Assembly (NCBI GenBank): GCA_964608425.1
Contig: CAZSNN010000001.1
Span: forward strand, 1,073 to 65,072
Direction: 5' to 3'
DNA length: 64,000 nucleotides
Source: an uncultured Gammaproteobacteria bacterium
GTDB taxonomy: Bacteria > Patescibacteriota > Patescibacteriia > Patescibacteriales > UBA12465
Shown: piece by piece, positions 1-8,549 of the stretch
How positions within the stretch are numbered: position 1 is the first letter of the stretch
How the letters are laid out: each line of letters opens with the position of its first letter
Program-made: the position numbers and the translations under genes
The notes under the pieces: model-generated
Database searches by the model: none
Seen by the model: only the letters and a program-made list of their open reading frames with translations
Told to the model about the DNA's origin: nothing

Positions 1-27
1 GTCGGACCTATTTTATATCAATTTATT

Positions 28-855
28 TTATTGAGCTTCTTTTTTCTTGTGTCTATTAATATCAACCTCTACCACTACACCATTTTCTCCTTGCTTTTCT
101 CCTTTAAAAAACACATCAACCGATTGTTTTAAAACATGATGACCCACCACTTCTCCACGACGCCCATCAACATTAACCTTAGTTCCGATTGGTGGTAATT
201 TTTTAGACAAATCAACATATCCCTCATATTCATAAGAAAGACAACACATTAATTTTCCACACATTCCGGATACTCGATCACTTCCTCGATGAACAACTTG
301 TTGAGCCTCAGCCATCTCTGAAGTAATTGAAGAAAAATCTTTAATATGACGCTGACAACATAATCCCCTCCCACAATGACTAAGATCACCCATCACTCGA
401 GCTTCATCACGACTACCAATTTGAGTTAAGCGAATTATACCCTTAAAATATGAAGACAATTCTTTAACCAAATTTCTAAAATCAACTCGATTGTCAGAGT
501 AAAAGGCAAAATTAATTCTATTTTTATCTAAAGAAAAATGAACATCAATTAATTTCATCGGCAAATCATATTTTTTAATAACTTGTCGGCAATAATCTAG
601 AGCTGATTCTTTTTCATCTTCAGAAATCATTTTATCTAAATCATTTTCTTCGGCTAAGCGTATAATCGGCTTAATATCATTTTTTTCTTCATTAGTAATT
701 TCAGAAATATCCTTGAAATCAAAAATCCTACCAATTTCCTGACCAAATTCAGTTTCTACAATAACATAATCTCCAACCTTTAAACTATTTAAGTCAGTGA
801 AACTAAAATTATATTTTTTATCCCAAGAAGCAAATTGTACTTGTGCTATTTTCAT
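28..855 (-). CDS. yaaT: PSP1/YaaT (RicT)-family protein
   Basis: PSP1 C-terminal motifs RVDFRNLVKEL, QIGSRDEAR, CGRGLCC, SGMCGKLMCCLSYE. Confidence 0.85.
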   Translation of the reverse strand: MKIAQVQFASWDKKYNFSFTDLNSLKVGDYVIVETEFGQEIGRIFDFKDISEITNEEKNDIKPIIRLAEENDLDKMISEDEKESALDYCRQVIKKYDLPMKLIDVHFSLDKNRINFAFYSDNRVDFRNLVKELSSYFKGIIRLTQIGSRDEARVMGDLSHCGRGLCCQRHIKDFSSITSEMAEAQQVVHRGSDRVSGMCGKLMCCLSYEYEGYVDLSKKLPPIGTKVNVDGRRGEVVGHHVLKQSVDVFFKGEKQGENGVVVEVDINRHKKKEAQ

Positions 856-865
856 GGTTTAAAAA

Positions 866-1660
866 TTATAGAGAATATCTAACGAATTTTATAATATTAG
901 CTCCCTCTAAAATATCTCTGATTTTCTTTTTATCATCCTTGATATATTCTTGATCAACCAAGCAAACCTCAGAATAATATTTTTTAACCTTACCTTGCAT
1001 AATATTATCAATCATATTTTCTGGCTTACCCTCTTTTAATAATTGTTCACGATAAATGTCTTTTTCTTTATCTAACTCTTCAGTTGGAACCTCTGATTCT
1101 TCTAAATAGCGAGGATTAGCAGCGGCAATATGCATAGCAACATCACCAGCCAAATCTTCCTTACCTGATTGATCTAGGGCCACCAAAACTCCAATTTTAC
1201 CACCTAAGTGAGAATAAGCTGAAACTGTTTGGCCAGTAACAATAGCTACTCTGCCTAAAGCAATTTTTTCTCCAATAACTCCGCTTAAAGTATTAATTTG
1301 GTCTTCTACAGTAGCTCCATCTAATTCCATTTTAGCCAATTCTTCAGCATTATTTGGTTTATTGGTTTTAACCACTCCCATTATTTTCTCAATCAACTCT
1401 TGAAATTTTTCATTCCTAGCCACAAAATCAGTTTCTGAATTTAATTCTACTAAATAAGCCTCAGTTTTATCAGAATTAGTCTCTACTTTTATAATTCCCT
1501 CGCCAGCTTCACGCTCACTTCTTTTAGCTGCCTTGGCAATTCCTTTTTTTCTAAGAACTTCAATAGCTTTTTCTAAATCTCCCCCAACCTCATCTAAAGC
1601 TTTTTTACAATCAACCATTCCAGCGCCAGTTCTTTCTCTTAATTCTTTTATTTTTTCCAT
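866..1660 (-). CDS. tsf: Elongation factor Ts
   Basis: LRERTGAGMVDCKKAL and ELNSETDFVARN motifs; follows rpsB. Confidence 0.98.
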   Translation of the reverse strand: MEKIKELRERTGAGMVDCKKALDEVGGDLEKAIEVLRKKGIAKAAKRSEREAGEGIIKVETNSDKTEAYLVELNSETDFVARNEKFQELIEKIMGVVKTNKPNNAEELAKMELDGATVEDQINTLSGVIGEKIALGRVAIVTGQTVSAYSHLGGKIGVLVALDQSGKEDLAGDVAMHIAAANPRYLEESEVPTEELDKEKDIYREQLLKEGKPENMIDNIMQGKVKKYYSEVCLVDQEYIKDDKKKIRDILEGANIIKFVRYSL

Positions 1661-1706
1661 ATTTTTATTTTTAATTAATTATAAATTAAGACAATTATTA
1701 AACAAA

Positions 1707-2399
1707 TTAATCTAATTTAATATTTTTAGCATTGATCAGATTTTCTTTAATAGTATCCAAAATTAAATCAACAGTCTTAGTAGCATCATCATTAGCCGGA
1801 ATTGGATAAGCGGCTAAATCAGGATTAACATTAGTATCACAAACCGCAATGATTGGAATATTTTTATTTTGAGCCTCAACCACGGCAGTACTCTCTTCTT
1901 TTAAGTCCCAGATAAAAATAGCATCTGGCAATTTTGTTAAACCTACTAATCCTCCAACTCTCTCTTCTAATCTCTTAATTTCACGATCAAAGTCTAATTG
2001 CTCTTTTTTAGTATATTTGGCTAATTTTCCACTTTCACGATCATTAATTAAATCTTGATATTTTTTAATAGATTTTTTGATAATAGGGAAATTTGTCAAA
2101 AGACCTCCAATCCATTTTCCAGTAATATGAGGAACCTTAGCCTCTTCGGCCATTTTTTTCATAGAGCCCTTAACTTGTTTTTTAGTACCAACAAAAAGAA
2201 TAGTCTTATCTTCTTTGATAAGCTTAATCATATACTCTAGAGCCAATTTTAATTGCTCTTGAGCTTTTTCTAGGTTAATAATATAGATACCATTTTTCTT
2301 AGTAAAAATAAATGGTTCCATTTTTGGATGCCAACGATTAGTGCGATGACCAAAGTGCATACCAGCCTTCATCATCTCTTCTAGTTTTGGAATATTCAT
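1707..2399 (-). CDS. rpsB: 30S ribosomal protein S2
   Basis: AGMHFGHRTNRWHPKM, DTNVNPD, PIPANDDA motifs. Confidence 0.98.
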   Translation of the reverse strand: MNIPKLEEMMKAGMHFGHRTNRWHPKMEPFIFTKKNGIYIINLEKAQEQLKLALEYMIKLIKEDKTILFVGTKKQVKGSMKKMAEEAKVPHITGKWIGGLLTNFPIIKKSIKKYQDLINDRESGKLAKYTKKEQLDFDREIKRLEERVGGLVGLTKLPDAIFIWDLKEESTAVVEAQNKNIPIIAVCDTNVNPDLAAYPIPANDDATKTVDLILDTIKENLINAKNIKLD

Positions 2400-2414
2400 A
2401 TTTTTTTCTTTTAC

Positions 2415-2490
2415 CTCGTAAAATTACGAGCCTCTGTTTGCAAAATTTATATTTGTTTTAATAATATAAACAAGAAAATTTGAGCAAACA
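2415..2490 (-). promoter_or_regulatory. Structured rpsB 5' leader with two hairpins
   Basis: CTCGTA/TACGAG stem at 2415-2430 overlaps a GAGGT SD-like site; interrupted stem TGTTTGC..GCAAACA at 2435-2490. Confidence 0.5.
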
Positions 2491-2540
2491 TGTTTTTTAA
2501 TTAATAAAAAGCCTAAATCTTCCATATTTAAGCTGTTTAC

Positions 2541-2569
2541 ATATTAGCTAATTTGAGAATTAAAGTCAA
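2541..2569 (-). promoter_or_regulatory. Sigma70-type promoter for rpsB-tsf
   Basis: TTGACT-17 nt-TAATAT on minus strand; back-to-back with TTGACA (2579-2584) on plus strand. Confidence 0.6.
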
Positions 2570-2647
2570 GCCAATGACTTGACAAATATAGTTAAATATA
2601 TTTAAATAATATATAGTTATTTAACAATTTAAAAGAAAGGATTTATC

Positions 2648-2980
2648 ATGAGAAAAATACTGACAATATTACTTGCCTCAATGATTTTTGTTAGCTGCAG
2701 TACTGCAACCTACATATTAACAGACTACGAATCTTCTGTTATAATTGAGAATAAAACTGATTATGACCTAGTTATCGTGGTTAATTCTATGGACACGCTA
2801 AGGATAAGATCGGGAGAAGGGGGAACTTTTGGAAATAAAGGAGAAAAAAGAATAAACAATTCTTTTGAAATTTATTTTACTTATAAAAAAAGAATTAGGT
2901 ATAAATATATTGAAAGAGTTTTTACTTCTAAAAATTATTATGCTGACATTTGGGTGATCAAAAATGCCGACCTGTTCTAA
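2648..2980 (+). CDS. Hypothetical lipoprotein
   Basis: Signal peptide MRKILTILLASMIFVS-C with lipobox-like end; AGAAAGGA SD; beta-strand-rich mature part. Confidence 0.7.
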   Translation: MRKILTILLASMIFVSCSTATYILTDYESSVIIENKTDYDLVIVVNSMDTLRIRSGEGGTFGNKGEKRINNSFEIYFTYKKRIRYKYIERVFTSKNYYADIWVIKNADLF

Positions 2981-2992
2981 AACATAAGTGCT

Positions 2993-3952
2993 TTAAACAA
3001 GCACTTTTTTATTTTTCAAAATACTTTCCATATCTATATAATTTTTACACAACATAATTTTACTTCTTAATTCCGAGGCTCCAGCAAAATCTTTTAAATA
3101 CCAAGCTAGATGACCTTTGAATTCATTAAAACTAATTTCCCCCCTATTTTCTTTAGTTAATTTTAAATGCCTCAGTGCTACTTTAATGGATAATTTTTTC
3201 TTATCCTCTCCAAAAATATTCTGAAAATCCCTGGAGAATATCCAAGGCTGACCCAAAGCACCTCTTCCGATACCCACTCCATCAACCCCAGTTTTATTCA
3301 TAATTTCCACTGCCTCATCAAGACTATTTACTCCTCCGTTAGCTAAAATTATTCCTGAAAAATAATCTCGACTTTTTTTAATTATCTCCAAGTCAATTGG
3401 TCCAGAAAATAATTGTTTTAAGGTTCGACCATGAATCATCAGAGCTGAAACTGGTAAGTCTGAAATATTTTTTAAAAATTTTATCAAATCAACTGAAAAA
3501 GCCTCGGTCCTAACTTTTATTGATAATGGCAACTTAGTGTTCTGCAAAACTGCTTCAATAATCTCTCGACTCAATTTTAAATCAGACATTAATTTAGATC
3601 CGGCCCCCTGTTTTAAGACCTTCCGAACAGGGCAACCGAAATTAATATCAATTCCATCGGGCTTAATCTCCTTTTCAATAATCTTAACAGCCTTAACAAA
3701 ATGATCTTTATTAGAACCAAAGATTTGAACAATATAAGGTCTTTCTTTTTTATTAAATTTTATCAATTTCAAAGTCTTGGCTGGATTATAATTAAGAGCT
3801 GAAACCGAGGCCATCTCACTATAAACCACATCAACCCCATATTCTCGACAAAGTAAACGAAAAGCCGAATCTGTAAATCCGGCTAAGGGAGCTAGGGCTA
3901 AAATTGGTTCACCCTTTTTATTTTTTTTTAATTCTTGCCAGAAATTTTTCAT
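2993..3952 (-). CDS. dusB: tRNA-dihydrouridine synthase (DusB-like)
   Basis: LAPLAG, DINFGCP, IHGRT, ANGGV, IGRGALGQPW motifs. Confidence 0.92.
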   Translation of the reverse strand: MKNFWQELKKNKKGEPILALAPLAGFTDSAFRLLCREYGVDVVYSEMASVSALNYNPAKTLKLIKFNKKERPYIVQIFGSNKDHFVKAVKIIEKEIKPDGIDINFGCPVRKVLKQGAGSKLMSDLKLSREIIEAVLQNTKLPLSIKVRTEAFSVDLIKFLKNISDLPVSALMIHGRTLKQLFSGPIDLEIIKKSRDYFSGIILANGGVNSLDEAVEIMNKTGVDGVGIGRGALGQPWIFSRDFQNIFGEDKKKLSIKVALRHLKLTKENRGEISFNEFKGHLAWYLKDFAGASELRSKIMLCKNYIDMESILKNKKVLV

Positions 3953-3956
3953 CTTC

Positions 3957-5378
3957 TTATTTTTTTATTAATTCCATTTTTCCGTCTGGCAAATCATTAA
4001 CATCATAACCAAAATTTATTAATTGTTGCCTAAGATCGTCAGACCTGGAGAAATCTTTTTCTTGACGAGCGTTTTCTCTTTCAGTAATTATTTTTTGAAC
4101 TTCATCCGAATATTCTGGCGCTAGACTTTCTTTTCTAATAGTTTCTAAAAAATCTAAACCCCAGATATTATCAAAGTCTAAAATAGTTGCCAATTTATCC
4201 TCATTACTCAAATCTGATTTTAAAATTTCAGGAATTAATGACAAAGTCTTGGGCGTGTTAAAATCATCCAATAAACATTCTAAAAATTTATCTTTAAAAT
4301 CTTTATTAATCACACCAATCTTATCTCCCAATTTCTCTATCTTATTAATTAACCCAGTCAACCCTTTTTGAGCCGCCTTTAAAGCTTCAAAAGTAAAATT
4401 TTGTCTAGATCGATAATGGGCTTGTAAATAAAAATAACGTAAAGCCATAGGAGAAAAACCCTTAGATTCAATATCATCTAGGCTATAAGCCGTTCCTTCG
4501 GACTTAGACATCTTACCATCATTTAACAATAGGTGTTCATTATGAATCCAATAATTAGCTAATTTAACCCCATTGGCTGCCTCGCTTTGAGCTATTTCAT
4601 TACTATGATGAACACTAACGTGCTCAATACCTCCCATATGAATATCAATAGTATCTCCTAAGTTTTTTTTAATCATAGCCGAACACTCTAAATGCCAACC
4701 AGGAAACCCATAACCATTTTCTACCAGAGGAGATAAAAATGGGGATGGCCAAAATTGTAAGGCATTTTTATGAGCCCCAGCCCTAAAAAACCATAAAGCA
4801 AAATCTCTGGGGTTTTTTTTCTTGGGATCACTAATATTTCCCCTTCCAGCCCCAATTTTATTTTTTTCTGGTTTGCGACCCGATAATTCATCATAGGTTT
4901 TGAATTTCTCAACTTCAAAATAAACCGCTAAATCGGTGACATAAGCATATCCCTTAACTATCAACAATTGAATAATCTCAATCATCTCGCCAATATTTTC
5001 TGTAGCCCGAGGTTTAAATTTTGGCTCTAAAATATTTATTTTTTTAGTATCGTTTTCGTAAATTTTTATAAATTTATCAGCAATTTCATCGGGTGATTTT
5101 TGTTCCTTCAATGATGTTTTCTCCATTTTATCTTCCCCCTCATCCTCGTCAGAAGTTAAATGACCAACATCAGTGTAATTTCTGACCATGGAAATATCAT
5201 AATTTAAATACTTAAAAGTTCGATGAATAATATCAGCACAACAAGCTCCTCGCAAATTACCAATATGTTGAGTCCAGTAAACGGTTGGGCCGCAATAATA
5301 AAAAGAAAGACTACCAGCCTTAATCGGCTTAAACTCTTCTTTTTTTCTATTTAAAGTATTGTATATTAAAATTTTCAT
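3957..5378 (-). CDS. cysS: Cysteine--tRNA ligase
   Basis: CGPTVY..HIGN, PGWHLECSAM, HHSNEIAQS, KMSKS. Confidence 0.97.
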   Translation of the reverse strand: MKILIYNTLNRKKEEFKPIKAGSLSFYYCGPTVYWTQHIGNLRGACCADIIHRTFKYLNYDISMVRNYTDVGHLTSDEDEGEDKMEKTSLKEQKSPDEIADKFIKIYENDTKKINILEPKFKPRATENIGEMIEIIQLLIVKGYAYVTDLAVYFEVEKFKTYDELSGRKPEKNKIGAGRGNISDPKKKNPRDFALWFFRAGAHKNALQFWPSPFLSPLVENGYGFPGWHLECSAMIKKNLGDTIDIHMGGIEHVSVHHSNEIAQSEAANGVKLANYWIHNEHLLLNDGKMSKSEGTAYSLDDIESKGFSPMALRYFYLQAHYRSRQNFTFEALKAAQKGLTGLINKIEKLGDKIGVINKDFKDKFLECLLDDFNTPKTLSLIPEILKSDLSNEDKLATILDFDNIWGLDFLETIRKESLAPEYSDEVQKIITERENARQEKDFSRSDDLRQQLINFGYDVNDLPDGKMELIKK

Positions 5379-5379
5379 A

Positions 5380-6498
5380 TTATTTTGATATTTTCTTCAT
5401 TAAGCTAGCATAAAATTCTAAATTATTCAAACTAGCCCACTTTTGTCCCAGTCCTTCATTAACTTTAAATAAATGCTGCAAATAAGCTAAAGAATTATTG
5501 TTTAATTCCATTAATTTAGAATGTTTATTAATCTTTTCAAAATTATTAGAAAAAATAGTCTTTTTAATATTTGTTTCTTTGTAAAAATTAATTGATTTAA
5601 TATCGTTTTGATTTTTAAATTGATAAAGCTTACCATGTCTTCCCTCTCTCGTTGGAATCACACAATCAAACATATTCCAACCCATTTTATAACAACGATA
5701 AATATCGGCTGGAGTTCCAATACCTAAGGCAAATTTAATCTTATCATCAGGAATAATTTTGGCAGTATAATCTAAAATATCAAATAAAAAATTACCCTCT
5801 TCGTCGATGGGCCGAGCCCCAAAACCATAACCAGCAAAAGAAAAACTTTCCCCCAAAAATTTTTTATCACTAATATCGAGCAAGCCATCCAAACATTTTT
5901 TTCGAAGCTCTCGACTAAGTCCACCTTGAATAACGGCTATTAATTTTGGCCTATTAGCTTCTGATAATTTTCTTTTTTTAATCTGACGAATATATTCCTG
6001 ATAACATCTCTGGGCCCATTTAATTGTTCTTTCTACTGATAAATTAATAGATTTTTCATCAAAACCATGGGGAGGGCAATCATCTAAGCAAACTATAAAA
6101 TCAGTCCCTAGGTCAAATTGGATTTGAATTGATTTTTCTGGAGTAATCTCGTGGCGAGACCCATCAATTGGTGACTTGAAAACAGCGCCATTATCATCAA
6201 TTTTACCCAAAGATTTACTCTTATGAATTAGGGAGAATATTTGAAATCCCCCACTATCAGACAATAGAGGTCTCGGCCAATTCATAAATTTATGTATGCC
6301 ACCAGCTTTCTTAATTATTTTTATCCCCGGTTGAAGATATAGATGAAAAGTGTTAACCACCAAAGCTGAAATACCCGAAGATAATAATTCTGAATTATTA
6401 CACATCTTAATAAAACCACGAGTAGCATCTGGCATAAAAAGAGGTAATTTTATATCCCCATGTGGTGTCTTTATGTTGTTTATTTTTTTTATAGACAT
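5380..6498 (-). CDS. tgt: tRNA-guanine transglycosylase
   Basis: NTFHLYLQPG, DSGGFQIFSL, QGG, FDCVIPTREGRHG. Confidence 0.93.
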   Translation of the reverse strand: MSIKKINNIKTPHGDIKLPLFMPDATRGFIKMCNNSELLSSGISALVVNTFHLYLQPGIKIIKKAGGIHKFMNWPRPLLSDSGGFQIFSLIHKSKSLGKIDDNGAVFKSPIDGSRHEITPEKSIQIQFDLGTDFIVCLDDCPPHGFDEKSINLSVERTIKWAQRCYQEYIRQIKKRKLSEANRPKLIAVIQGGLSRELRKKCLDGLLDISDKKFLGESFSFAGYGFGARPIDEEGNFLFDILDYTAKIIPDDKIKFALGIGTPADIYRCYKMGWNMFDCVIPTREGRHGKLYQFKNQNDIKSINFYKETNIKKTIFSNNFEKINKHSKLMELNNNSLAYLQHLFKVNEGLGQKWASLNNLEFYASLMKKISK

Positions 6499-6506
6499 AA
6501 TTTATA

Positions 6507-8531
6507 TTATCTAACTCGTCCATCGTTACTAAAATTAGCAATGGAATCATCTTCTAACCGACTAGTTTTAGCTTCTGTTTTTTTATTAATAATTGATCCT
6601 GTCTCAATGTCGGTAGCCTCCAGAGAAGACCCGGAAGAAAGAATCATAATTTTATTATACTCAGCCTCAGTTGGAGTAATATTTACAGAAAAATTAACAT
6701 TAACTTTGTCTACGCCCAAGGGCCAACGACTCAATGTCCAAAAAACTTTATTAGTAACAGGATCAAACATAATATTACCAGCACTAACATTAAAGTTATC
6801 TTCCCAAATAACATAAGAAGGTAAAAGTAATTCTATTTTTATATCTCGAAGTTCGTGCAAAGTGTTGCTTAGATTCCAATAATATTTAAAGGATGTTTTT
6901 TCTCCAACTACCGGAGGTAAAGGGCCTGAACCTACCGGAATATTATCCTCATCGAAATAAAGAACTTTTTCCTCCAAAGCTAAATCACTATTAATTTTAT
7001 TAATAATAGTATTACTCCTATTGTCAGTTAATCTATCGCCATCATCTTCCAGCTCCTCAATATTACCAATGCTAAATTGGGCATAGCTTTTGATTTCCAA
7101 ATTTTGTCCAAAGTCTATTTTATCAAAATCAGCCACCTTAATAGAGAACTTAATTTCTCCCCCCTCTCCAGGGGCTAATTCTTTTAAGCCCGAAATTTCT
7201 TGCGAACTCCAACTAATAGTTTTGCGACTAATCTTACCACCGTTAGAGTCCTTTAGACTTGTCCAATCTAAAAAATTACTATCTAAAACAGCCATAATAA
7301 CCAAATCCTTCATGTTTTTATCGCCCTTATTAGAGTATTTAATAACATAATCAATATTATCTCCGAAGTTTATGGGAAAATCAGTAGAATTATCATTTTC
7401 CGATAAACTTAAATGTAAATCACTTTTAATCACCTCTAGATTGATTGGCTTCTCTAAGAACGTAAAATCCTTTTGATTTTCATCAATATATTTTAGCCCC
7501 CAGCTAAAGCTTTCTTGATCATTTCTCTTTTCACTAATTTTATATTTAAAATCAAGCTCCATTTTTTCAATCAAGGTATCCGTTGTTTTAGGAATTATTT
7601 TAAAACTATTATTATTTATTTTTTCAACAGTAATAATTTCAGAAAAATCTTTGTTTTCAATGTTTTTAACCGAAAAAATTTCTTCTGGGCCATTAAAATA
7701 AAAAACGAAATCTTTTATTCTTTCTAGAGGAAAGTTTTTTAAAGTGACTTTTAAAGGATATTCCTCTCCAACCAGAACCGTTGAAAAATAATCTTCTTGA
7801 AACTGAAAAGGCAAAGAACCAACCATAACGGAGTTAAAACTCTCTTTACTAAAATTAGAAGAAATTCCACTAATCTCATAACTACTCTTTACAGAAAGCA
7901 AATTATTAACCCCCTCCTTATTTATCATTTTTCCACGAATTTTTATTTTTCCACCTATCTTAGCCCCCAAACTCTCTATCAACCAATTTTTATTATCATC
8001 AGTTTTATCAATTGAATAAACCTCTAGTAAAATGAAATTATCAGGATAAACGATATTTAAATTAACATTATTTAAATTATAATTACTAGAATTTTTATAC
8101 TCTATTTCGTAATAGAACTCCTCTCCTAAAGATATTTTTTCTGGAGATATTATAGAAATATCTAAAACCGAAGAATTATTTTGACTACCTTTAAAATAAT
8201 TAAAAGCCCAAAAAGATCCCCCCACCACTAAGGCAAAAAATAAAATAAAATAAATAAAGGAAACTAAAAAACCTCTTTTCTTTTTAATTTTTATAGTCTT
8301 AAAATCTGGCAAATCACCATCATTGCTATATATCTCCATTAAATTACTCTCAATTTCACTCTCAGAAAAACGAGAATTTTTTGATAAATTTTCCGACTTT
8401 AATTCCGAAATTTTTTCTGACAATGCTTTTGGCTCACTGACTGACTCTTTTTTAATATTCTCTTTTTTTATTTCGTTATCGATTTTGTGTCTAGTAAAAA
8501 GGAAGTTGTCATTTTTAGTTTTTTTACCCAT
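6507..8531 (-). CDS. Single-TM membrane protein with repeated Ig-like (DUF11/CARDB-like) extracellular domains
   Basis: TM near aa 88-110; recurring GE..Y.I.Y.N beta-sandwich patterns. Confidence 0.65.
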   Translation of the reverse strand: MGKKTKNDNFLFTRHKIDNEIKKENIKKESVSEPKALSEKISELKSENLSKNSRFSESEIESNLMEIYSNDGDLPDFKTIKIKKKRGFLVSFIYFILFFALVVGGSFWAFNYFKGSQNNSSVLDISIISPEKISLGEEFYYEIEYKNSSNYNLNNVNLNIVYPDNFILLEVYSIDKTDDNKNWLIESLGAKIGGKIKIRGKMINKEGVNNLLSVKSSYEISGISSNFSKESFNSVMVGSLPFQFQEDYFSTVLVGEEYPLKVTLKNFPLERIKDFVFYFNGPEEIFSVKNIENKDFSEIITVEKINNNSFKIIPKTTDTLIEKMELDFKYKISEKRNDQESFSWGLKYIDENQKDFTFLEKPINLEVIKSDLHLSLSENDNSTDFPINFGDNIDYVIKYSNKGDKNMKDLVIMAVLDSNFLDWTSLKDSNGGKISRKTISWSSQEISGLKELAPGEGGEIKFSIKVADFDKIDFGQNLEIKSYAQFSIGNIEELEDDGDRLTDNRSNTIINKINSDLALEEKVLYFDEDNIPVGSGPLPPVVGEKTSFKYYWNLSNTLHELRDIKIELLLPSYVIWEDNFNVSAGNIMFDPVTNKVFWTLSRWPLGVDKVNVNFSVNITPTEAEYNKIMILSSGSSLEATDIETGSIINKKTEAKTSRLEDDSIANFSNDGRVR

Positions 8532-8549
8532 ATATTTTAAAATTAATAA

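Noticed and set aside
1-27. Possible tRNA or other RNA starting at the window edge (GGTCCGAC on minus strand)
   Set aside because: Only 8 informative bases are visible, so it cannot be supported
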